A stretch of DNA of 64,000 nucleotides, from positions 192,001-256,000 of the forward strand of contig CAWKAR010000027.1 of assembly GCA_963847625.1 (NCBI GenBank), given 5' to 3'. Shown here piece after piece: positions 52,182 to 61,760 of the stretch; position 1 is the first letter of the stretch; each line of letters opens with the position of its first letter. Both the position numbers and the translations under genes were made by a program. Source of the stretch: a candidate division FCPU426 bacterium. Lineage in GTDB: Bacteria; Oederibacteriota; Muellerivitia; Muellerivitales; Muellerivitaceae. The notes below the pieces were generated by a model. That model worked only from the letters and a program-made list of their open reading frames with translations. It did not search any database and was not told where the DNA came from.

Positions 52182-53291
52182 ATGAAGATCGGTGTAGCGA
52201 TGAGCGGAGGAGTGGATTCTTCCACGGTTCTTGGCCTTCTGAAGGAACAGGGCCATGAGGTGGTGGGCTTGACCCTGAAAATCCTTCCCTGCGAAATCAC
52301 ACCGGGTGAAAACGGCGCCGTAAGCGTGAAGACGGCCGGGCCCCAGGGCCAGCGTTGTTGCTCGGTCCAAGACATCCAGGACGCCCGGGATGTCGCCTTG
52401 AAGGTGGGGGCCCCCCATTACGTGAACGACGGTTTGGATGTGTTTAAGGCCCGGGTCGTGGAGCGCTTCCTGGACGAGTACGAACAAGGGTTGACCCCCA
52501 ATCCCTGTGTGGAGTGCAACCGCTTCGCCAAGCTGCCCCTGCTGCTCCGACAAGCCCTATCCCTGGGTTGCGAAAAACTCGCGACTGGACATTACGCGGG
52601 TCTGGAACAGGAACCCGCCACGGGCAGATGGGTCCTCCGGAAGGCGGCTGATCCCGATAAGGACCAAAGTTACGCCCTTTATAAGCTCAGCCAAAAAATC
52701 CTCTCCCGGCTCCTTTTTCCCCTGGGGGAATATAAGAAGGAACAAGTCAGGGTGGAGGCCAGGCGTTTGGGGCTGAATACCGCCGAAAAACCCGAAAGCA
52801 TGGAAATTTGTTTCGTGACCCAGGGAAACTACAAAACCTTCGTGAAACAGCACCGGCCCCGGGCCTTCGTGCCGGGCAACATCGTGGATCGGGAAGGCAA
52901 AATTCTCGGGCGCCATGAAGGCATCGCCGGTTACACCATCGGCCAACGCAAGGGTTTGGCCCTGTCGGGGGGGCCTTATTACGTGAAAAGCCTCAACCCT
53001 GATACCGCCACGGTCACGGTAGGCCGGGAAGAGGATGTTTTTACAAAAGAATTCCAGGTGGGGGAGTTGAATTGGGTGGCTTGGGTGTCCCTTACAGAAC
53101 CAAGGGAAGCTCAGGTCAAAGTCCGGTATAGGACCCAGGCCCAACCGGCGGTGTTATATCCGGAAGGCGACCAAAGGATAAAGGTGGTCCTCGAGGAGCC
53201 GGCCAGGGCCGTGACTCCCGGCCAATCGGCGGTTTTTTATGATGGAGATAAAGTAGTAGGCGGAGGGGTTATCCAAAAGAATGGGAATTAG
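52182..53291 (+). CDS. mnmA: tRNA-specific 2-thiouridylase
   Basis: SGGVDS, TPNPCVECN, ATGHY, KDQSY, TIGQRKG, TPGQ. Confidence 0.96.
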   Translation: MKIGVAMSGGVDSSTVLGLLKEQGHEVVGLTLKILPCEITPGENGAVSVKTAGPQGQRCCSVQDIQDARDVALKVGAPHYVNDGLDVFKARVVERFLDEYEQGLTPNPCVECNRFAKLPLLLRQALSLGCEKLATGHYAGLEQEPATGRWVLRKAADPDKDQSYALYKLSQKILSRLLFPLGEYKKEQVRVEARRLGLNTAEKPESMEICFVTQGNYKTFVKQHRPRAFVPGNIVDREGKILGRHEGIAGYTIGQRKGLALSGGPYYVKSLNPDTATVTVGREEDVFTKEFQVGELNWVAWVSLTEPREAQVKVRYRTQAQPAVLYPEGDQRIKVVLEEPARAVTPGQSAVFYDGDKVVGGGVIQKNGN

Positions 53292-53498
53292 AATGAAAAC
53301 TTTCGTCCTATTCATTCCCGTTTCCCGCTCAAGAGATTGACGTTTTCCCGGGAAATTAATTCCAGCGGAAGAACGGCCGGCAAGCATCTATATAGGAACC
53401 CATTCATACCGCGAATGGGTTTTCATAACAGTTTTAAACCCGGGAAACAAAGGATTTTTGTTGTTTTATTCAATCTGAATATGGGTATAATTTTGGCC

Positions 53499-54065
53499 AT
53501 GATTTCAAAGCTTTCATTCCTGAAAACCACCTTTATTTTCCTGGCCCTGATCTGTTTTTCGGGGCTCACGGCATATCCCCTCATTCCCAAAGCCCATGCG
53601 CTTTTTTGGGAGGACGATACTGACAGCAATGATCCCAAGGAAGTGATCCGCCGGCCGGACCATTTCGGCCTATTCGACTGGGTGGATGACATCGGAAAAA
53701 CCGAGAAGGAAAAACATTACCGTGATATGGACAATCCGGACTCTGGACCCGGGGTGAACAGCGGTGCCAGGACCCTGGAAGTGGTCACCTCGGGAATCGT
53801 GGGGTTTACCGCGGGTTTGTTCATCGCGAACCGGGTTACCACCGACCAGACTCAGATGACCACCAACCTGTTCATCGGGGGTTCCATCGGTTTGGGAGTG
53901 GGGATCGTTGTCGGGGCCCTCATCATGCCGCGGGACTACGAGGTGGACCAACACGTGCGGATCGAATACCTGAAAGAGCGCCAAGCCTGGCTGCAGGACC
54001 CTGTCCGACTCGACCTTCAAAAGGCTTTTCGCCCTACGGATTTCGCTTTTTCCCTCAGCTTCTGA
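53499..54065 (+). CDS. hypothetical exported/membrane protein
   Basis: Signal peptide ending AHA; two Gly-rich hydrophobic helices; start uncertain. Confidence 0.6.
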   Translation: MISKLSFLKTTFIFLALICFSGLTAYPLIPKAHALFWEDDTDSNDPKEVIRRPDHFGLFDWVDDIGKTEKEKHYRDMDNPDSGPGVNSGARTLEVVTSGIVGFTAGLFIANRVTTDQTQMTTNLFIGGSIGLGVGIVVGALIMPRDYEVDQHVRIEYLKERQAWLQDPVRLDLQKAFRPTDFAFSLSF

Positions 54066-54115
54066 TTCCCGCCGGTTTTTTTCCGTAATTTTCCCTTGGG
54101 TCAAAGAGGTGTATC

Positions 54116-55309
54116 TTGCCGTCTTACGTTCGAATAAAGCTGAAACCAAAAGAGGAAGACCGTTTGCTGACGGGCCATCCCTGGGTCTACGCCAATGAAG
54201 TGGAAAAACCCCCCGGAATCATTTCACCCGGCACCCTGGTGGAGGTGGTCAGCTCCAAAGGCCTGCCCGTGGGACGGGGGGTGGCGAATCCCGCCTCCAA
54301 AATTTTGGTCCGGCTGTTAACGCGCGACTTTGGACAGGATATCGATGAAACCTTGGTGAAAGAAAGGATCCAAACGGCGCTGAAGGTCCGGGATGGGCTC
54401 CTTGAAAAGAATCAAACAAACGGCGTCCGGCTTCTCTTTGGGGAAGCTGACGGCCTGCCTGGCGTCATCGCCGACGCTTTCGGGGAAACCGTGGTTTTAG
54501 CCTGCTTCAGCGCCGGACTCAAGCCGTTCATTCCCGTTATTTCCCAAACCCTCCAGGACCAGGGATACAAATTTATCTTCGAAAAAAGCGTGGGAGAGGT
54601 TTGTAAAAAGGAAGGCATGGCTGAATTCCAGGGTTGGCTGACCGATCCCGGGCCCATTCCGATCCTATTGACCGAGGGAAAAGCGAAATTCCGGATACAG
54701 CCCGAGCAGGGCCAGAAAACAGGGTTCTACCTGGATTTCCGGGAAACCCGGTTGCGTTTGCAGCAATTGAGCCGGGGGAAAAAAATACTGGACGCTTTTT
54801 GTTACACCGGCGCCGCGTCCATCCAGGCGGCCCTGGGGGGGGCCCTTGAGGTTTGGGGGCTTGATTCCTCCCAAGCGGCGCTCGAGGAAGCGTCGGAAAA
54901 CGCCCGCTTGAACGGCGTGGAAGGCATCGTGCGTTTCGAGAAAAACGACAGTTTTAAGGCCCTGAGGGAATTGAGAAAAGAGGGAAAATATTTCGATGGA
55001 ATCCTCCTGGATCCGCCGCCCCTGGCCAAAAGCGCGCATGATGTTCCGGCCGCGCGGATCGCGTTCAAGCGGCTGGTATCCCAAGCCGTGGATCTTTTGA
55101 ATCCCGGCGGTTTCCTGATCCCGGCTTCCTGCTCGCACCATTTTTCCTGGACGATCCTGGAGGGCGTTGTCCGGGACGTGGAGGAGGAATCCGGGCGATC
55201 CTTCAAGCTGTTGGACCGGTTGACCCAGCCGCCGGACCACCCCATCCTGTTGTCGATTCCGGAGACGGAATATATAAGGGTTTTGATTTTATCCGAGGTT
55301 CTCTATTGA
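54116..55309 (+). CDS. rlmI: RlmI/RlmK-family rRNA methyltransferase
   Basis: PUA domain GHPWVY, EADGLPG, GQKTGFYLD, DAFCYTG, LDPP, SCS. Confidence 0.88.
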   Translation: MPSYVRIKLKPKEEDRLLTGHPWVYANEVEKPPGIISPGTLVEVVSSKGLPVGRGVANPASKILVRLLTRDFGQDIDETLVKERIQTALKVRDGLLEKNQTNGVRLLFGEADGLPGVIADAFGETVVLACFSAGLKPFIPVISQTLQDQGYKFIFEKSVGEVCKKEGMAEFQGWLTDPGPIPILLTEGKAKFRIQPEQGQKTGFYLDFRETRLRLQQLSRGKKILDAFCYTGAASIQAALGGALEVWGLDSSQAALEEASENARLNGVEGIVRFEKNDSFKALRELRKEGKYFDGILLDPPPLAKSAHDVPAARIAFKRLVSQAVDLLNPGGFLIPASCSHHFSWTILEGVVRDVEEESGRSFKLLDRLTQPPDHPILLSIPETEYIRVLILSEVLY

Positions 55310-55396
55310 ATCCAATGCGGTTAAAATACATTGAAGGGTTGTTTCCCCGGCGGGTTTACTGAAGGGCTTTCATCTTAAATAGGAGAATGAATTTTA

Positions 55397-56557
55397 GTGA
55401 AGATCCTGGTCACCGGTTGCGCGGGTTTCATCGGGTCGCATGTGACGGAAAGGCTCTTAAAAGAGGGCCATAACGTCACGGGAGTCGACGACTTCGATAT
55501 TTATTATTCCCGCAACCAAAAGGAAAAAAACCTTCTTCCCGTCCTCATGCATCCCAACTTCAAGCTGGTAGAGGACAACCTCGCCACCATGGCCCTCGTG
55601 AAGGTCTTGAAGGGCACGGAGGCGGTCGTCCACCTGGCGGCCCAGCCCGGAGTCCGGGGTTCGTGGGGATCCTCTTTCCACCGTTATATCACCAACAACA
55701 TCCAAGTCACCCAGAAGTTGTTGGAGGAATCCAAAACCTTAAAGTTAAAACGTTTCGTTTATGCTTCCTCGTCTTCCGTTTACGGGGACGTGGGGGACTC
55801 GCTGAATGAGGAAATGAAGTGTCAACCCGGGAGCCCCTACGGGGTCACCAAGCTGGCCGCGGAGCACCTTTGCCGGGTATACCACCAGGAATACAAGATG
55901 CCCACCGCGGCCTTGAGATTTTTCTCGGTATACGGCCCGGGCCAGAGGCCGGACATGGCTTTCCACCGGTTTTGCCAAAACATCCTCCACGAGGCCGCCC
56001 TGACACTCTACGGCGATGGGAAACAGGTCCGGGATTTCACCTATGTGGACGACGTGGCGGAGATCGTCGCGGCGGCGTTAACGGCGGACGTAATAGGCGA
56101 GGTCGTGAACGTGGGAGGGGGATCGCCCGCGACCCTCCTGGAAGCGGTGGCATTGTTGGAGGAAATCAGCGGCGTTGCCTGTTCCAAAACTTTCCTGGAG
56201 AGGCAAAGGGGGGATGTTTTCGCCACCCGCGCGGATACCTCGAAATTGGAAAGGCTGTTCGGCCTCAAACCCAAGACCACCCTGAGGGAAGGCCTGGCCC
56301 GCGAGTGGGAATGGATGAAGCAGTTCGTGCAAAGCGAGGACGAGGAAAGGGCCATCAAGGCCAAAATCCAGCCCATCCTGGGAGTGGATGAAGCCGTTCT
56401 CGCCGAGGCCAAATCGGACGAGAAGGCGGCCAAGAAGGCCGCCCGCAAGGCATCCGCCAAGGCCAAGAAAGAACAGGCGGCCGGTGTGGCGGATATTTCA
56501 CCGGAACCCAGCGCGGTTTCCCAACCCCCGGATGCGCCGGAGAACCCGGTTTCGTAA
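55397..56557 (+). CDS. NAD-dependent nucleotide-sugar epimerase/dehydratase
   Basis: GCAGFIG, HLAAQPGVR, SSSSVYG, YGVTK, RPDMA; Lys/Ala-rich tail. Confidence 0.92.
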   Translation: MKILVTGCAGFIGSHVTERLLKEGHNVTGVDDFDIYYSRNQKEKNLLPVLMHPNFKLVEDNLATMALVKVLKGTEAVVHLAAQPGVRGSWGSSFHRYITNNIQVTQKLLEESKTLKLKRFVYASSSSVYGDVGDSLNEEMKCQPGSPYGVTKLAAEHLCRVYHQEYKMPTAALRFFSVYGPGQRPDMAFHRFCQNILHEAALTLYGDGKQVRDFTYVDDVAEIVAAALTADVIGEVVNVGGGSPATLLEAVALLEEISGVACSKTFLERQRGDVFATRADTSKLERLFGLKPKTTLREGLAREWEWMKQFVQSEDEERAIKAKIQPILGVDEAVLAEAKSDEKAAKKAARKASAKAKKEQAAGVADISPEPSAVSQPPDAPENPVS

Positions 56558-56571
56558 CGGTATCTAAAAAA

Positions 56572-56705
56572 CGTAAAGCAAAACTACGGTTTAGCCACAG
56601 ATTCAGGGGATACAATTAAGATAGGTAAAATAAAAAGGGCTTTAAATATTTGTATTTCTTAAATCCCATGAATCCCATGTATCCGTGGCTAGGTTTTATT
56701 TAGGA
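56572..56705 (+). repeat. family A element, copy 3
   Basis: GCCACAGATTCAGGGGATAC...AATCCCATGAATCCCATGTATCCGTGGCTAGGTTTTATT. Confidence 0.8.
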
Positions 56706-56794
56706 TCGATTTGGTTTTTAATGAATTATCTTTGATGAGGCTCTGTCAACGGCCCTTCGCTAGGATGCGAAGAGTTTTGAGGTAAATTAAGGTT

Positions 56795-57997
56795 TTGTTA
56801 GTTTCTTTTAACCGGGCGGCCCCTATTCGAAACTCAAAACAAAACAAGCATTCCCCCCGGAAAATTAAAATCGCCCATATCATCACCCGTTTGGAACTGG
56901 GCGGCGCCCAGCAGAACACCCTCTATTGCTGCGCACACCACGACCGGCGTAAATACGAGGTGATCCTGGTCAGCGGCGTGGGCGGTTATTTGGACGAAGA
57001 AGCCCGGAAGGTGAAGGACTGCAAGACCTATTTTATTCCCGAGTTGAAACACCCCATCCATCCCCTGTGGGACCTACTCGCCCTGAGACACATCACTAAA
57101 ATCCTGAAATTTGAAAAGGTGGATTTGGTCCATACCCACAGCTCCAAGGCCGGGATCCTCGGGCGTTGGGCCGCCAGGCGTGCGGGTGTCCCCCGAATCA
57201 TCCATACAGTCCATGGTTGGGGGTTTTTCCCTGGCCAGTTTTTCCTGAAGCGTTGGTTGTACCAAACCCTGGAACGCTGGGCGGCCCGGTTCACGGACAT
57301 TCTCATCGCGGTCAGTGGGGATAACAAAAAAGAAGGCTTGAGGGCCGGAATCGGAAGGGAAGAACAATACCGGGTCATCCACAGCGGGATTGATCCGAAA
57401 AAATATATGCTCCCACGGTCCGCGGCCCTCAAGGCCCGGCGGTTTTTCGGCTCGCAAGGAAGGCTGGTGGTCCTGGTCCTTTCCAACTTCAAAAGCCAAA
57501 AATCGCCCCTGGACGTTGTCCTTGTGGCGGCCTGCTTGGCCGCGGAAATCCCCAATGTCCTCTTTCTTTGGGCGGGGGATGGTGATCTCCGATGGGAGGT
57601 CGAAAAATCGATAATGAAATATCGGCTGGAAAATAACATCAATCTATTGGGGTGGAGGGAAGACGTGGCGGAGCTATTAGCGGCTTCGGATGTCCTGCTT
57701 TTGACCTCCCTTTACGAAGGCTTGCCAAGGGTAGTGCTACAGGCTATGGCCGCAGGAAAGCCGGTCGTAGCCACGGCCGTTTCGGGCACTCCAGAGGCGG
57801 TCCTGGACGGCAGGACGGGCTATCTTCACGCTCCCCATGATGTGGATGGCATGGCCAAAAGCCTTTGCAAGATTTTATCCGGTAAGAAACTTGCCCTGAA
57901 AATGGGCAAGGCGGGGCGCCAATCTTTAAGGGGAACCTTTATCATCCAAAGGATGCTTCGGGAAATCGAAAAGGTTTACCGGGAATTGACCCGGTAA
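56795..57997 (+). CDS. GT4 glycosyltransferase
   Basis: GGAQ, HTHSSKAG, HTVHG, EGLP; start uncertain. Confidence 0.9.
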   Translation: MLVSFNRAAPIRNSKQNKHSPRKIKIAHIITRLELGGAQQNTLYCCAHHDRRKYEVILVSGVGGYLDEEARKVKDCKTYFIPELKHPIHPLWDLLALRHITKILKFEKVDLVHTHSSKAGILGRWAARRAGVPRIIHTVHGWGFFPGQFFLKRWLYQTLERWAARFTDILIAVSGDNKKEGLRAGIGREEQYRVIHSGIDPKKYMLPRSAALKARRFFGSQGRLVVLVLSNFKSQKSPLDVVLVAACLAAEIPNVLFLWAGDGDLRWEVEKSIMKYRLENNINLLGWREDVAELLAASDVLLLTSLYEGLPRVVLQAMAAGKPVVATAVSGTPEAVLDGRTGYLHAPHDVDGMAKSLCKILSGKKLALKMGKAGRQSLRGTFIIQRMLREIEKVYRELTR

Positions 57998-58168
57998 ACG
58001 CTACCGGCATAACCGGATTTCTGGTAAACGGAAGCCGCATTTCTGGTAAACAGACCCCCGTTTCTGGTAAATAAGGTTGGTTTTTTGGTAAACACCCGCT
58101 GGCATACCCGGATTTCTGGTAAACGGGGCCCGGGTTTTTGTTAAACCGGATCGTTTTTTGGAAAACGC
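57991..58168. repeat. short-core/variable-spacer array (core TTTCTGGTAAAC, ~8 units, mostly 20-22 bp period)
   Basis: Core CTGGTAAA or variants at 57991, 58021, 58043, 58064, 58085, 58116, 58138, 58158. Confidence 0.8.
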
Positions 58169-58277
58169 CCGTCGGCCTGCCCTGAGTTCATCGAATGGGC
58201 ATGCTGATAACACCGTGGGACAAACCTGTAGTACAATTATGGCCTTCGGCTTTTAATATGAGTGAGGCCTATCGGAT

Positions 58278-60675
58278 ATGATGCCACGCCATCCCCTGGG
58301 ATTCATCCTCGCGGTTCTTCTGTTGGCGATGCCTTTCGCCTGCACAAAAAACTTCTCCACCCCCCCTATTTCCCCCGCTGGGCCTGCCCCGACCTTGACG
58401 GCCACCGTCCCCCCCCTCTCCGACGGGCACTATTAGCCCGAGCCCCACCAACACCCCTACCCTGACCGGGACGATGTCGCCCACCTATTCCCCGACGGGG
58501 ACACCCACCGGCACCCCGACCAATACGCCGTCGCCTCTGCCTTCGCCCCAGGGGGTGCTGGGATGGCTGAACCCGTCCTCCAATCCCCAGATCTTCTGGG
58601 CGACCGACCCCAGTCCCGAGGTGACCGGGTACCGGCTTTACATAAGCAATAACGGGACCAGCTACTCTCCCACCAGCATTTTCAGCAAGACCGGGACCTA
58701 CATGTACGTGGACCACAGTATCGGCACCACCTTCAACTATTATTATTACGTCGTGGCCACAGGCACCCGGCCGGACAGCCCGGCTTCCCGGGTGGTGCAC
58801 GCCATATCCGGCACCACCGCCTCCAACAGCCTGACCCTCACCGCCTCCAATTCCACCACGCCCGTTTATTCCATCACCAATGGAACCGTGGCGGGTGCCA
58901 CGCGCAGGGTCTGGCTGACCTTCCAAACCTCCAACGTGTTCGTGGATTGGGTTTGGGGCGAGGAGGCCGCCGTGCTGACCAGCGTGAATTACGGCTACGC
59001 CGCCACGGGCATCACCTACCAGCCGGCGGCCGTGCTTTCAAGCGGCACCCAGTACGGCTTGCTCGTCCATACCTTCAACGCCAGCAACTGGGATATCGAC
59101 GTGAGCACCGTGCTTTTCACGCCGGCCGTGACGCCCACCGCCAGCCCCACGCCAACGCCGACCCTCACGTTGTCGCCCACTATTACCGACAGCCCGACCG
59201 TCACCCGGTCGCCGACGAATTCGCCCACCCCCACCCCGACCGTAACACCTACCCCTCCCCCAACGGTGGTGGCGACGCCGTCCAGTTCACTGGTTCTCGC
59301 CGATATGGAGTGCGATTGCCCCTCCCTTTACCCGCAAAACGGCATCAATGGGTTTTTTTCCACCTCCAACGATACAATTGGCTCCACGGTTTGGCCGCCC
59401 GCCGGCTCTTACTTCGTGATGTCCTCTCCTGGGTATAATTCCAGCTACTGCGCCAGGATCACCGGAACCGTGGCGGCTCCCGGGGCGGCGCAAACCTGTA
59501 CCAACTCCTTCGGCCCTGTTATCACCTATAACAATCCCTTTGCGTCCATGGAAGCCAATTTCGTAACACAGGGAAGCTATAACATCCCCTCGAGCATCAC
59601 AGGCATCGCTTTCAATATGAAGGCATCCTTTACCAACACCTGCATTACGCCGGTAGTGCGTTTCATGGTTTACGACACAATCACCACCGCCACTAACGAC
59701 GCCAATGGCGTCAACCTGCCCATCACGGTTCAAGGTTCCTGGCTGCCTTCGCCAGTGACGGTTTTTTTCAATCAAATGACCACTACGGGAAAAACGGGCG
59801 GCACGCCACAGACACACTCATTCGACCAAGCGCATGCGGTCCAGTTTCAATGGCAAGTGAACTACCCCTGCAATTTCGACATATCTGTTGATAATGTCAC
59901 GTTCATTACGGACTCCCCTCCCGCGGCGGCTAACCCCCTGCCCGGTTCATCGGGTTGGCCGGTGTCCTTGATTGATAACTGTGAACAAGGCTCCAACTTC
60001 AGCCCTCCCATAGCCAACCGGGACGGGGGACCCTGGTTTACTTATCGCGCTACGAATATCAACCCGCCTGACGTGATATGCCCTGGGGCAGGCTACCCTT
60101 TCCAAATGAGTCCGGGGGGTGGTCCCCTCAGCCCGCAATACGCCGCCCATGTGACCGGCACCATGAGTTTCCAGGGAACTACCCAGGGTTATCCGGGTTT
60201 CGGCGTTCATTTCAAGGGGGCGGATTCATGCGGGTATGACCAGGTTTACGATATCACGCAAGGCGGTTCATACAACTTTACCGGGATACAGTTTTACGTA
60301 AAGGTGGGATCAAGCACAATGTTTGGTTTTCAAACTTTCATGATCGAAATACCTGATGCGTCGACCGATCCGAATATCGCAAGTCCGACATGCCAGAATT
60401 ATTTATATGCTTGTAACGGAAACAAGGGAACATTGTGGGATATGGCTACAGATCCCAACAATTTATGGGGTGGAGATGTATACGACACATGGCTAGGCCC
60501 CGTTAAGATTCCCTTTAGTAATTTTACTCTTCCGAATTGGGCCACTAATAATCCCGTCAAAGCGATTCAACTTAATCAGGCGGTTGGCGTTCAATTTCAG
60601 GATGTTTATACCAATGGCACGCAGACTACCGCGGGTAATTTTGATATTTGGATCGACGACCTTAGTTTCTATTGA
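58278..60675 (+). CDS. large surface lipoprotein (FN3-like domain, Pro/Thr linkers, two CBM11/CIA30-like domains), frameshifted at C8 (58409-58416)
   Basis: MMPRHPLGFILAVLLLAMPFAC lipobox upstream and out of frame; VTGYRLY...YYYYVVA; two domains ending FDISVDNVTF and FDIWIDDLSFY. Confidence 0.7.
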
Positions 60676-60932
60676 TCGGCTGGGGTTTTGAACCTCTCCC
60701 TGGACCGGCCCTCCTTCCTGAAATAGCCCCCTCATGGTTTGCCTGTCGGCATAGGCTGATACCACTGTCGGCATGGATGGCCTGCCCAACATCGTAAGCT
60801 AACCCAGTTCCCGGCTTTACCGCGTTTACCGGGTTCCCTTGTTCCCGGGCCTGCCCCGAGTGTTCCAGTGGTTCCAGGCCAGCTAGCGGTGAGTTTATCG
60901 AACCTGTTCCGGAGTTCCCGGGTTCCGTGGTA

Positions 60933-61670
60933 CCTAATAGCAGATTTCGGGGTGCCTAGTAGCAGGTTCGGCGGATCTGTGGGCACGATCCGGGCGCCCT
61001 GTGGGCATGAGCCGGTGGCCCTGTGGGCATGTGTCGGCGCCCTGGGGGCATGGTCCGGGAGTCCTGTAGGCATGGGCCGGTGTCCCCTGTAGGCATGGGC
61101 CGGGAGTCCTGTAGGCACGGCGCAAGAGTCCTGTAGGCACAGGCCAGTACCCCTATAGGCATGGGGCGTGCCGCCTACTGGCAGGTCTGGGCTACCTACT
61201 GGCAGATCAGGGCTGCCTACTGGCAGTTCCGGCGGTGCCTACTGGCAGGTTCTGGGCTACCTACTGGCAGGTCCGGCGAACCTACTGGCAGGTTTCGGGC
61301 TGCCTACTGGTAGAATCGGCTGTACCTACTGGCAGGTCGGGGCCGCCTACTGGCAGCTTCCGAGTCTCCTACTGGCATGTTCCTCCAAACCCGTTAAACG
61401 GGGCGGAACCCATTAAACGAAGCTGGGCTAACCCGTTAAACGGGATGGAACCCATAAAACGGAGCCGGGCCAACCCATTAAATGGGACGGAACCCATTAA
61501 ACGGAGCCGGGCCAACCCGTTAAACGGGGCGGAACCCATTAAACGGAGCCGGGCCAACCCGTTAAACGGGGCGGAACCCATTAAACGGAACCGGGCTAAC
61601 CCATTAAATGGGGCGGAACCCATTAAACGGAGCCGAGCTAAGCCATTAAACGGGACTTAACCCATTAAAG
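60933..61670. repeat. composite phased array of 35 units on a ~21.5-bp lattice with blockwise-changing cores
   Basis: 2x CCTARTAGCAG, 9x CCTGTRGGCAY, 10x CCTACTGGCAG, 14x AACCCRTTAAAY. Confidence 0.9.
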
Positions 61671-61677
61671 AGGGTGC

Positions 61678-61760
61678 CCTGTAAGCCTGTAAGCCGGTAA
61701 GGCGGTAAGTCGGGCGGTAAGCCTGTAAGTTGATAAGGTAGGCTGTAAACCTGTAAGCCC
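61678..61760. repeat. degenerate 8-bp tandem repeat (CCTGTAAG/GCGGTAAG)
   Basis: cctgtaagcctgtaagccggtaaggcggtaag... Confidence 0.75.

Noticed and set aside
60933..61670. CRISPR array
   Set aside because: Cores (~11-12 bp) and spacers (~10 bp) are far too short, the core changes along the array, and no cas genes are in the window
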